A stretch of DNA of 64,000 bases from a virus, in IMG/VR virus record IMGVR_UViG_3300006310_000773. The stretch is one strand, 5' to 3'. Below the pieces are notes generated by a model, which was not told the DNA's origin, did not search any database, and saw only the letters and a program-made list of their open reading frames with translations. Every line of letters begins with the position of its first letter. The first letter of the stretch is position 1. Position numbers and translations under genes: made by a program. This document shows, piece by piece, positions 41,435 to 49,199 of the stretch.

Positions 41435-41685
41435 TAAATCGGGAGTTTGGATGTCTTAGGAAAGAAATTTAATTTCTCTGCGTCATCTCTAAGTCGTTCT
41501 TTATTTTCAGCACTAAGTAAAGACTTAATTGTTTCTGCTTCAAGATTATTTTCTTCACAATAACATAAAATGGCATCTAAGTAATTCATATTAGACGTGG
41601 AATTCACTAAATGAGTTATTCTTTCATTAAATGCTTCTCTATCATTAATATTAAGCATATTCTTTTTTTTATCGGATTTTGCCAA
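41434..41685 (-). CDS. gp33: Late transcription coactivator gp33
   Basis: YLDAILCYCEENNLEAE...LNFFPKTSKLPI. Confidence 0.9.
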   Translation of the reverse strand: MAKSDKKKNMLNINDREAFNERITHLVNSTSNMNYLDAILCYCEENNLEAETIKSLLSAENKERLRDDAEKLNFFPKTSKLPI

Positions 41686-41688
41686 TGA

Positions 41689-42075
41689 TTAAATTGTAGA
41701 TTGTTTACTTTTATAATCTTTTATTGCAGCTTTGATTGCATCCTCTGCAAGTACTGAACAATGAATTTTCACTGGGGGAAGAGATAGTTCTTCAACTATC
41801 TGAGTATTATTAAGAGCCATAGCTTCATCTACAGACTTGTTCTTAATCCATTCTGTTGCTAGTGAAGATGCTGCAATCGCAGAACCACAACCAAATGTCT
41901 TGAATTTAGCATCGATAATTTTGTTGTCATCATTAACTTCGATTTGTAGTTTCATAACATCCCCACACTCTGGAGCACCCACAAGACCAGTACCGACATT
42001 ATTACTCCGCTTATCCAAACTACCAATATTTCTTGGTTTTTCATAATGTTCCAATACTTTATCTGAATATGCCAT
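41689..42075 (-). CDS. iscU: Fe-S cluster assembly scaffold IscU
   Basis: GAPECGDVMKLQI, FKTFGCGSAIAASS and LPPVKIHCSVLAEDAIKAA. Confidence 0.97.
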   Translation of the reverse strand: MAYSDKVLEHYEKPRNIGSLDKRSNNVGTGLVGAPECGDVMKLQIEVNDDNKIIDAKFKTFGCGSAIAASSLATEWIKNKSVDEAMALNNTQIVEELSLPPVKIHCSVLAEDAIKAAIKDYKSKQSTI

Positions 42076-42440
42076 TAACTACCTTCACCAACTGCCGCAG
42101 ATTCCTTTTGTTCAGGATCATCTTTATCCTTGAACCAGTAATCCGTTGACTTAGCCAACACTGCGACATATGCGCCAACCATAATATTAATTAGATCGCG
42201 AGATTCAGCAGGTAATGCTCCAAAAAACAATAACCACACTAAAAACAAAAATGTACATACTATAATCATGGACAATAAAAATCGTGCCCACCAATTCAAC
42301 TTCTTTCTTGTCTCAATTCTTTCATGTCTAAGTGCTTCCATTGGATTATTCTCCCATAATTTTTCTTCTAAATTTTCAATCATTTCAACTGAAGTGTTAA
42401 TTTTTCCATCACCAATTCTATCTCTGGTTTTTTGATTCAT
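42075..42440 (-). CDS. Two-TM membrane protein
   Basis: Two hydrophobic helices followed by DYWF. Confidence 0.65.
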   Translation of the reverse strand: MNQKTRDRIGDGKINTSVEMIENLEEKLWENNPMEALRHERIETRKKLNWWARFLLSMIIVCTFLFLVWLLFFGALPAESRDLINIMVGAYVAVLAKSTDYWFKDKDDPEQKESAAVGEGS

Positions 42441-42959
42441 TTAATTTTCATCCCATTGTAATAATTCATGAACTCCTTGTTCTTCTAGAAGTAAGCGATT
42501 CTGCCAATGTTGATCTTTAACATCATCTTTATTCTGTCCATGATATCCAACTGCGTAACCATTTTCACACATCCATTTGTTTATGTTTGTCCATCCACCA
42601 AATTCATGTCCATCTTCAGTACAGTTAATCCAAAGCTCTCCTAATACCCTACCAAACTTACCTCGACTATCTGACTCTGGACATCTACATTGAATTTCAA
42701 TATCATCTCTATCTGACAATATTGCCCAATGCACCCACGATGTTAATGCGGTCTTGGATAACTTACCATATATTTTTTCGTTCTTGTGTCTTGTTCTGGA
42801 TTCTGGTGTGTCGATTCCTAGTAATCGAATTCTATTACATATTCGTACATCGAAACCTAAATCAAAAACTGCATCGATAGTATCTCCATCGACAATCTTT
42901 TCTACAGCAGTTATGTTGTAAATAAATTCACATGGTTCTTCGTTTATATATTCTGCCAT
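42441..42959 (-). CDS. Thermonuclease (SNase) family nuclease
   Basis: IVDGDTID, RIRLLGIDTPESRT and GKFGRVLG. Confidence 0.92.
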   Translation of the reverse strand: MAEYINEEPCEFIYNITAVEKIVDGDTIDAVFDLGFDVRICNRIRLLGIDTPESRTRHKNEKIYGKLSKTALTSWVHWAILSDRDDIEIQCRCPESDSRGKFGRVLGELWINCTEDGHEFGGWTNINKWMCENGYAVGYHGQNKDDVKDQHWQNRLLLEEQGVHELLQWDEN

Positions 42960-42962
42960 ATA

Positions 42963-43106
42963 TTATTTTCCTTGCCCTCTATATTTCTTCCAGCATTTTT
43001 TCTTGTGTTTATTTGTTGGTCGAGAATATTGTGATTTACCTATACTAGTTCTTTTTGGTGTAGGTCTTTTTCTAACGGTTTGTCTTATTGTCTTAGGTCT
43101 CGCCAT
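42963..43106 (-). CDS. Small basic protein (47 aa)
   Basis: MARPKTIRQTVRKRPTPKRTSIGKSQYSRPTNKHKKKCWKKYRGQGK; tiles the operon. Confidence 0.7.
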   Translation of the reverse strand: MARPKTIRQTVRKRPTPKRTSIGKSQYSRPTNKHKKKCWKKYRGQGK

Positions 43107-43190
43107 CTACCCACACCCACAATCACCATTTTTACATTCACAAGGATCACAAGTACAATTTTCACACTCGCATTGTTCGTTATTACACAT
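43107..43190 (-). CDS. Metallothionein-like Cys-rich peptide (27 aa)
   Basis: GGAG RBS; MCNNEQCECENCTCDPCECKNGDCGCG has 9 Cys; its stop abuts the next ATG. Confidence 0.7.
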   Translation of the reverse strand: MCNNEQCECENCTCDPCECKNGDCGCG

Positions 43191-43199
43191 ATTTTTCTC

Positions 43200-43706
43200 C
43201 TATTTAAATCTTTCGTCTGTTTGCCAAATTTTATCATCATCATAAGCCCAAGCTACTAAAGAATATCTAGCTCCAGATATTACTTTTTTCACTCTATGAT
43301 TAATATTTGAATCGTAAGTAATACAGTCACCAATATTTAACTTTAAATCATTCAGCCCTTCAAATTCTAATTCACCACCAGTGAAATCATTATTAAGTAA
43401 TATTATATGTGAACGAATTTTACTTTTATCATTATGCCAATGAAAACATTGTCCTACTTTATATTCAGAAAATTGTAATGCTAAATTACTTTCCAATCCT
43501 ATTAATTCATCTTTATCACTAATTTCATAAAGTTTACTTATTAACTCTTCTTCTTTATAATTATACCAACTTGAATTTCTAAGTTCTTTAACTATTCCTC
43601 GATCATTTACTGGTGCAGCCCGCACATATTGATAATTTTTTAAAATTATATTAAAACAAGTTTCCTCGTCAAGAAATTCTCTTCTTATTTTCGGTTCAAA
43701 TGTCAT
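43200..43706 (-). CDS. 2OG-Fe(II) oxygenase (prolyl hydroxylase-like)
   Basis: FHWHND, DFTGGELEF and HRVKKVISGARYSLVAW. Confidence 0.9.
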   Translation of the reverse strand: MTFEPKIRREFLDEETCFNIILKNYQYVRAAPVNDRGIVKELRNSSWYNYKEEELISKLYEISDKDELIGLESNLALQFSEYKVGQCFHWHNDKSKIRSHIILLNNDFTGGELEFEGLNDLKLNIGDCITYDSNINHRVKKVISGARYSLVAWAYDDDKIWQTDERFK

Positions 43707-43769
43707 AAAACTCTAAAATATAATGGGGGAATTCTTCTGTTCCTAAGTGATTCCCCCCAAACTCGCTAA

Positions 43770-43997
43770 TTACTGCTTCTCTACAAATTCATAGAGTTCT
43801 GTAGCCTTCTTCTTAATATCCTCAATGGAATAAGAATCTGGCTGAAGTTCTTCAAACAACTTCATATTTGCATCGCCTTGCTCTTTTGCAAATTCCCATG
43901 CATCAATAGCAAAGTGTTTTTGTCTTTCTTGTTGATCATAGAGATAACTTTGTGCCATCTCTAAAAGTCTAAATCTTAATTCATATGGATTAGACAT
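43770..43997 (-). CDS. Conserved hypothetical phage protein
   Basis: MSNPYELRFRLLEMA...ATELYEFVEKQ with AAGGA RBS. The upstream ATG in the ORF track lies inside the tmRNA. Confidence 0.75.
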   Translation of the reverse strand: MSNPYELRFRLLEMAQSYLYDQQERQKHFAIDAWEFAKEQGDANMKLFEELQPDSYSIEDIKKKATELYEFVEKQ

Positions 43998-44033
43998 ATT
44001 GTTCCTTTCATTTGTGTGTGTGTTGTGTGTAAT

Positions 44034-44378
44034 GGTCAGTTCTTCTGTTCCCAAGTGACTGACCTGAACTCGGCTATAGTCTACGCAGCGAGTGCGTAAG
44101 AGTATGCGGTATAATCGTCATTGTTTGCGATTAATTTAATGGACCGTTACGGTGGTGCCTCTACCGAATACCTCTATATCTACCTTCACAATCAATCGAA
44201 ATCTATTTCAGCCCCATCAACGAAAGTCATATCCAAAATAAAGTGTGACATAGGTAATACCTAAAGCGAGCAATATCATTATTGTGAGCCACATTAATTT
44301 CTTTTCCATAACTTCCTTTGGTGGAGCTGATCGGAATCGCACCGATGTCTTAACTGTTATCTAGATATGTCAACAGTA
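44034..44378 (-). ncRNA. ssrA: Circularly permuted two-piece tmRNA
   Basis: Acceptor piece ends ATCGGTGCGATTCCGATCAGCTCCACCA at 44319. Coding piece starts GGGGCTGAAA at 44215. G3-U70 pair present. Tag ANNDDYTAYSYALAA* at 44128-44081. Outer ends are approximate. Confidence 0.92.
44217..44309 (-). CDS. 30-aa single-TM peptide within the tmRNA intervening segment
   Basis: AAGGAAG RBS; MEKKLMWLTIMILLALGITYVTLYFGYDFR. Confidence 0.6.
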   Translation of the reverse strand: MEKKLMWLTIMILLALGITYVTLYFGYDFR

Positions 44379-45026
44379 TCAATAACTATTTATAACCTCC
44401 TGTAATCTTTCTACATGTTCATCAGGATCCGCATAAAAAATTTGTGGTGTTCCATCAACTACTGCAATAACTATAACTACTTGAGTTACTTTATTTCCTG
44501 TTCTTTCTTCATACATCTTTGCATATGCAGTTCCCTGTAATTTATAACTTTCTATCCATTCTTCTTTTTTTGGTTTAGAAGAGGTTTTCCAATCTATTAT
44601 AGAAATTTCATCATCATATTCAGCAATACAATCACATCTACCAGCTACTCCAAGAAATTTAGACCACAAAGATACCTCAAGACCATAAATTTTTCCAATA
44701 TGAGTATTTAAAATTGATTGAACTGATTGAAATAACTCAATAGAATCAGGCATATGCCCACTCAAATAATCTTGCTGATTTTTGAGATAGTCTTCGATAA
44801 TCGAATGCGTTCTTGTTCCTCTTCGCGAAGCTTGTGTTGAGATTCTATTGGCTTCTTCTTCTCCAACCCGCTTTCTCCAAGCCTGTATACCAGCTTTGGA
44901 CAAAGATGATAATACTGTAGTGATACTCGGGAAATTTCCATCTGGTGTCTCGTATAATCTTTTTCCTGAAGTATTTATTTGTTTTATTTGACCAGGAATA
45001 TCAACTGTTTCGTGTAAAAAATTCAT
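44379..45026 (-). CDS. PD-(D/E)XK (Cas4-like) exonuclease
   Basis: PSITTVLS, RGTRTH, AGRCDCIAE, IIDWKTS and QGTAYA. Confidence 0.9.
   Translation of the reverse strand: MNFLHETVDIPGQIKQINTSGKRLYETPDGNFPSITTVLSSLSKAGIQAWRKRVGEEEANRISTQASRRGTRTHSIIEDYLKNQQDYLSGHMPDSIELFQSVQSILNTHIGKIYGLEVSLWSKFLGVAGRCDCIAEYDDEISIIDWKTSSKPKKEEWIESYKLQGTAYAKMYEERTGNKVTQVVIVIAVVDGTPQIFYADPDEHVERLQEVINSY
44387..44394 (-). promoter_or_regulatory. T4-type late promoter upstream of the tmRNA
   Basis: TATAAATA immediately before the acceptor piece. Confidence 0.6.
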
Positions 45027-45027
45027 A

Positions 45028-45282
45028 TTAAGGTATATTCATAGTGCTTCCGGCATGAGAAGATTTAATTTCTTTTAATCTATCTCTAAATCCATCATCT
45101 GGTTTACGCATACCCATCTTAATTGTATCGCCAAACGCCGGAGCCGCTAACATTTTTATTATTGTACCATGACATGATCCACATGGACAAGGGTATTCTG
45201 TTGGTTCATTCATTTTAGCGATAGATAACTGACGCTCAAATTCATGTCCACATTTTTCACATTTATAATCGTATGTTGGCAT
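45028..45282 (-). CDS. FmdB family zinc-ribbon protein
   Basis: MPTYDYKCEKCGHEFE...CPC. Confidence 0.88.
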   Translation of the reverse strand: MPTYDYKCEKCGHEFERQLSIAKMNEPTEYPCPCGSCHGTIIKMLAAPAFGDTIKMGMRKPDDGFRDRLKEIKSSHAGSTMNIP

Positions 45283-45283
45283 A

Positions 45284-45601
45284 TTATTCTGATTCTCTTA
45301 ATGTTACTAGTAAAGGGTATTTATTTTTCTTAGCTTCTTCTAATGTATCAACCGCTTTTTGCTCTGCTATTTGATATGAATAAAGTCCCGCCACACCTTC
45401 TCCTAATTTATGTACATTTAACATAATTCTTTCAGCATCAGGTGTAGTTTTATTAAAAATACTTTTTAATATATAAATAACAAATTCCATAGGAGTATAA
45501 TCATCATTTAAAAGTATAACAAAATAAGTTTTAGGAACTTTTGAATTTATACTTTTCTTTTTCCTAACCTTAATTTTATCTTTTACATCTATGTTTGACA
45601 T
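45284..45601 (-). CDS. clpS: Clp protease adaptor ClpS
   Basis: VILLNDDYTPMEFV, IMLNVHKLG and YPL. Confidence 0.95.
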   Translation of the reverse strand: MSNIDVKDKIKVRKKKSINSKVPKTYFVILLNDDYTPMEFVIYILKSIFNKTTPDAERIMLNVHKLGEGVAGLYSYQIAEQKAVDTLEEAKKNKYPLLVTLRESE

Positions 45602-46441
45602 TTAAAATTCCTGATGCCATTTAAAATTACAAACCTTCATATCTTTCCAAGTTTCAGGATGCTTTATTCTATCTTCTACTAAAGCATTTATTTCCCTTAT
45701 ATTTGGTGTTGATATTGTATATAATTTTTCTTCTGGTCTATTTTCAGGATGTATTATTATCATTTTTTCATCATCATATTCTGTAATACCACCACGTTTA
45801 TAAACAAACTTTCTACCCTTTCTTCGATAATGTACAAAGGAATCGAGTATTTTCATATTCATATATGAGTTTATTTTTTCAAATAAACGTGTGTCTCCAT
45901 GATGCATTCCAACATACTCCTCATCATATCCACCAGACTTCCAAAAATCTTTTTGTTTTATACAAAACACATTTACTGATTGTTTTTTTCTTTTTCCAGT
46001 TATAAAAGAATAATATACATTGTCAAGAAATTCTCTTCTTAAAATAAATTCACATGGTTCTTCGTTTATATATTCTGCCATTTTAGATTTATTATTTCTG
46101 GAGTCATAAACAGAAGTCCTGAAAATATTTTCAACTAAATCTTTTAATGTATTTGGTGGAATCTCCACATCAATATCAGCAAAAAATATCCAATCAGTTT
46201 CTACATGTTTTGCCGCTAAATTTCTTGCTCCATGAGAATTAAATCCCAAATCATCATCTACCACAAATAAAGAAATATCATCTTCTTCTACTAATACATC
46301 TTTCGCTGGTATTTTTTGTGATCCATCATCAACAACTATTAATCTTTTAATTAAAGAATTTCGTATAAAATATTTAGCCGCCTCAACATATTTTTGTAAA
46401 TGATCAGGCTCATTATAATATGTTGTTACTAAAGTAATCAT
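45602..46441 (-). CDS. Glycosyltransferase family 2
   Basis: IVVDDGS, GARNLAA, DID and GGYDEEY. Confidence 0.88.
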   Translation of the reverse strand: MITLVTTYYNEPDHLQKYVEAAKYFIRNSLIKRLIVVDDGSQKIPAKDVLVEEDDISLFVVDDDLGFNSHGARNLAAKHVETDWIFFADIDVEIPPNTLKDLVENIFRTSVYDSRNNKSKMAEYINEEPCEFILRREFLDNVYYSFITGKRKKQSVNVFCIKQKDFWKSGGYDEEYVGMHHGDTRLFEKINSYMNMKILDSFVHYRRKGRKFVYKRGGITEYDDEKMIIIHPENRPEEKLYTISTPNIREINALVEDRIKHPETWKDMKVCNFKWHQEF

Positions 46442-46449
46442 TTAATTTA

Positions 46450-46523
46450 TGGAGCGAGTAAGAGGAATCGAACCCCTATCATCAGGTTGGAAACCTGAGG
46501 TACTACCTTTGTACGATACTCGC
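46450..46523 (-). tRNA. tRNA-Gly(TCC)
   Basis: GCGAGTA acceptor, TCAGG-TTTCCAA-CCTGA anticodon arm, GTTCGATTC T-loop, encoded CCA. Confidence 0.93.
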
Positions 46524-47153
46524 TTATATTAACCATTCATTACCAAATGTTTTAAATGCCCAATTCTTTTCAAAACACCACCAACATCTTCTACATGCTT
46601 TTGTAAATCCTTCACTTTCATCAAAATGCCCAATACAACTCACAGTTAATTCAAATATATTTTTTAGATTAAGTTCTTTATAAATTAAAGCAAGATCTTG
46701 TTTATGCATATTAGTAAACGGAACCCATTCACCTTCCTCATTAACTTCTGGTTCTTCCGGAGCTTCCCATGCTCTATCTTTTTGATCACCTGGCATTACC
46801 ACTAAAGGAGGATTTCTCGTTGTTCCTCTACATATAATATCTACATTTCTTTCTTTTGGATTTAAATATTCTTTTAAAATTTCTGTTGTTTTATGTTTAG
46901 CATATCCAACATGTGGACGCTCTATAGGAAAAAGAGAACCACTAGATCTCTCCACTTCCATAATAACATCATATACTGGTTTAATCATGGAAGGTCTATC
47001 TATATGACAAAATATTAAAGGATGTATAGTAACATCTAATAAATTATCTTCAACAATTTGATTACATAACAAATATAACAATAAAGAAGAGTCGCACCCA
47101 CCTGACATGGCAAGTCCTATCTTTTTAACATTTTTTGGAATATTTAATTTCAT
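46524..47153 (-). CDS. QueC-like PP-loop ATPase
   Basis: SGGCDS PP-loop; TVSC...CRRCWWCFE zinc site. Confidence 0.75.
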   Translation of the reverse strand: MKLNIPKNVKKIGLAMSGGCDSSLLLYLLCNQIVEDNLLDVTIHPLIFCHIDRPSMIKPVYDVIMEVERSSGSLFPIERPHVGYAKHKTTEILKEYLNPKERNVDIICRGTTRNPPLVVMPGDQKDRAWEAPEEPEVNEEGEWVPFTNMHKQDLALIYKELNLKNIFELTVSCIGHFDESEGFTKACRRCWWCFEKNWAFKTFGNEWLI

Positions 47154-47530
47154 CTATGAAATGGTTGACCAGCAAAAAACTCTTGTAAATTAATAAATGG
47201 TTTATATGTTCCATCTTGATCTCTATTAGTTACCATCCATTCACCATTTATATAAGTATAGATATGTTCCACACCAGTTTCATAACCTATATCCATTAGG
47301 TCATAGTAATCTTCAACTGTTCCTCTATCATCATCATATACTTCAATTTCATTTTCATTTGCCCACAAAGAGCGATAATTGCCCCCAGCAGTTAAACGTG
47401 ATATTTTTTCTATTTGATCATAATAATGATACAGAGTGTATCCTGTTTCTTCAATCTCTCCATTGAATTCTGTAGTACAATAATCGAATCCATTATCAGA
47501 TTCACTTGCTATTATTGTTATATTTTTCAT
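47150..47530 (-). CDS. Hypothetical protein, distantly similar to 54426..54956
   Basis: G.TL and EHIYTY..GEW versus G.TL and EFAYLY...DEW. Confidence 0.6.
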   Translation of the reverse strand: MKNITIIASESDNGFDYCTTEFNGEIEETGYTLYHYYDQIEKISRLTAGGNYRSLWANENEIEVYDDDRGTVEDYYDLMDIGYETGVEHIYTYINGEWMVTNRDQDGTYKPFINLQEFFAGQPFHR

Positions 47531-47549
47531 TTTAATTTATTCAAAAGTG

Positions 47550-47622
47550 TGGAGCGAATGCATGGAATTGCACCATGATCTCAAGGTTGGAGCCCTGTAT
47601 TCTGCTTTTGAACTACATTCGC
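47550..47622 (-). tRNA. Atypical tRNA (Gly-like body, irregular anticodon loop)
   Basis: GCGAATG/CATTCGC acceptor with TCCA end; intact D and T stems; anticodon arm CAGGG-CTCCAA-CCTTG; T-loop TGCAATT. Confidence 0.7.
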
Positions 47623-47639
47623 ATTTATCATAATATACC

Positions 47640-47668
47640 ATTATACCATTATAATTATATATTGTCAA
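47640..47668 (-). promoter_or_regulatory. Sigma70-type promoter upstream of the atypical tRNA
   Basis: TTGACA-17 nt-TATAAT with an extended TG. Confidence 0.7.
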
Positions 47669-47677
47669 GTGAAATAT

Positions 47678-47887
47678 TTATTTTAATATTTCTATAGTGA
47701 GTATTATCGCAATCCATAATAATAAAAAATTACATATTAATAATTCTATTGCTAGAATTGTATGATACCATACCCAATTTGTTTCATATTTTTTATCTCT
47801 TTCAAGTTCAACTTTAGTCTTCCCTTCTTGTAATCGTGGCATCCAAAGTCGTGCAAATTTTTCTTTGGTTTTATTGATAATCCCCAA
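47678..47887 (-). CDS. Small membrane protein
   Basis: C-terminal hydrophobic helix. Confidence 0.6.
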   Translation of the reverse strand: MGIINKTKEKFARLWMPRLQEGKTKVELERDKKYETNWVWYHTILAIELLICNFLLLWIAIILTIEILK

Positions 47888-47895
47888 TTTACCCC

Positions 47896-48216
47896 CTACA
47901 TTTCTGGCCCTGTTGCATTATCACTATCTGAACATCCTTGTGAATTATACCTGCTTTCTCTCCATGTATGTTTGCCTTCATTATATCTCAACCATTTCTG
48001 ATTTCCGTTTGGATCACAAAATTGTACATATATTTTACCATTTATAGTAAATAATCCTGCTCTACTGAAACCTTCCACTTGTGGTAATGTCTCTGTCGCT
48101 CGTAACCATAATGGAGCACTATCAGGTGGAGCACAAGAAGTAAGTAACAAAATGGTAACAACTGTCAATATTACTTGGATTAAATTAAGGATAATTAAAT
48201 TTAAAATTGTTTTCAT
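47896..48216 (-). CDS. Putative lipoprotein
   Basis: Signal peptide with LTSC lipobox. Confidence 0.65.
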   Translation of the reverse strand: MKTILNLIILNLIQVILTVVTILLLTSCAPPDSAPLWLRATETLPQVEGFSRAGLFTINGKIYVQFCDPNGNQKWLRYNEGKHTWRESRYNSQGCSDSDNATGPEM

Positions 48217-49190
48217 GTTTCATCTTCTATTAACTTAGCCTCAAATTCTCTTAAACGCCTAAAAACACTCATTAATTCAATAATGGTAGGCCACGCTTTT
48301 AAAAGATATTGCATTGATCCTTCTACTCTACCAAATGCTCTTATTATTTGTTGCATTACACCTAGAGTCATCACTCCAGCAACTATGGCTGGTGCTAGGA
48401 ATACATAAGCTGATAATACGTTTGCTTGTAAATATGCCATTCGACCAACATTAAAATATAGATAACGTATATAACTTAAAAAATGAATTTTACGAACATC
48501 ATCAAAGAATTCTTCTATTTTCTTTGGTCTAACAGTTCCATCATCTTCTGCAATAACAAGTATTTTTCTATATGCCGCTTCTTTTGCTTGTATATCATAT
48601 TCTATACCAACTAAACGCAATATGTACCCTAATCCAATTAAAAAGGCAGTACCACCTAATGTCCAAAGTAACGCACCTGTAATCAATCCATATTCCCAAT
48701 CACCAAAAAAGAATATTGGAATACCCATTGACAATCCAAATAATATAGGAATAAACTGAACTAAAACCATAACTGATTCAATTAAAGCTGTTCCCAAACC
48801 TTCCATTATACGAGTAAATTTAATTGTATCTTCTTGAACTCTTTGCGATGCACCTTCTATTGTTCTGGCTTTGTCATACACACTATGATACCATTCAACC
48901 ATTGCTGTACGCCATCTAAACAAATAGTGAGCTGTAAAATAACTTATTACAACATAGAGTCCAACATATATTCCTGCTAATGTAATAAATGAGAATAAAC
49001 TTGCAAAATATTCTTCTATTGTTACTGCATTTGGTGTAGCAAGTGCTTTTTGAATCATGTCATAAAAGACACCAAACCATTCATTTATTTTTACATCAAT
49101 CTTTACTTGAACCCAAAGTGATCCTAAAATAATCATTGAACCAAGCCAAGACCATAACCACCATTTTTTGTTTGTAAAAAATCTAAACAT
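48213..49190 (-). CDS. sbmA: SbmA/BacA-like peptide transporter
   Basis: INEWFGVFYDMIQKAL, FRWRTAM, IEGASQRVQEDT, EAAYRKILV and WPTIIELMSVFRRLREFE. Confidence 0.92.
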   Translation of the reverse strand: MFRFFTNKKWWLWSWLGSMIILGSLWVQVKIDVKINEWFGVFYDMIQKALATPNAVTIEEYFASLFSFITLAGIYVGLYVVISYFTAHYLFRWRTAMVEWYHSVYDKARTIEGASQRVQEDTIKFTRIMEGLGTALIESVMVLVQFIPILFGLSMGIPIFFFGDWEYGLITGALLWTLGGTAFLIGLGYILRLVGIEYDIQAKEAAYRKILVIAEDDGTVRPKKIEEFFDDVRKIHFLSYIRYLYFNVGRMAYLQANVLSAYVFLAPAIVAGVMTLGVMQQIIRAFGRVEGSMQYLLKAWPTIIELMSVFRRLREFEAKLIEDET

Positions 49191-49199
49191 AATATTCCT

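Noticed and set aside
43998-44054. N-terminal extension of ORF 43770..44054 in the ORF track
   Set aside because: It overlaps the tmRNA 3' hairpin. A better RBS precedes the ATG at 43997.
44379-45026. CRISPR-Cas system suggested by the Cas4-like nuclease
   Set aside because: No repeat-spacer array or other cas gene is seen. This exonuclease is common in T4-like phages.
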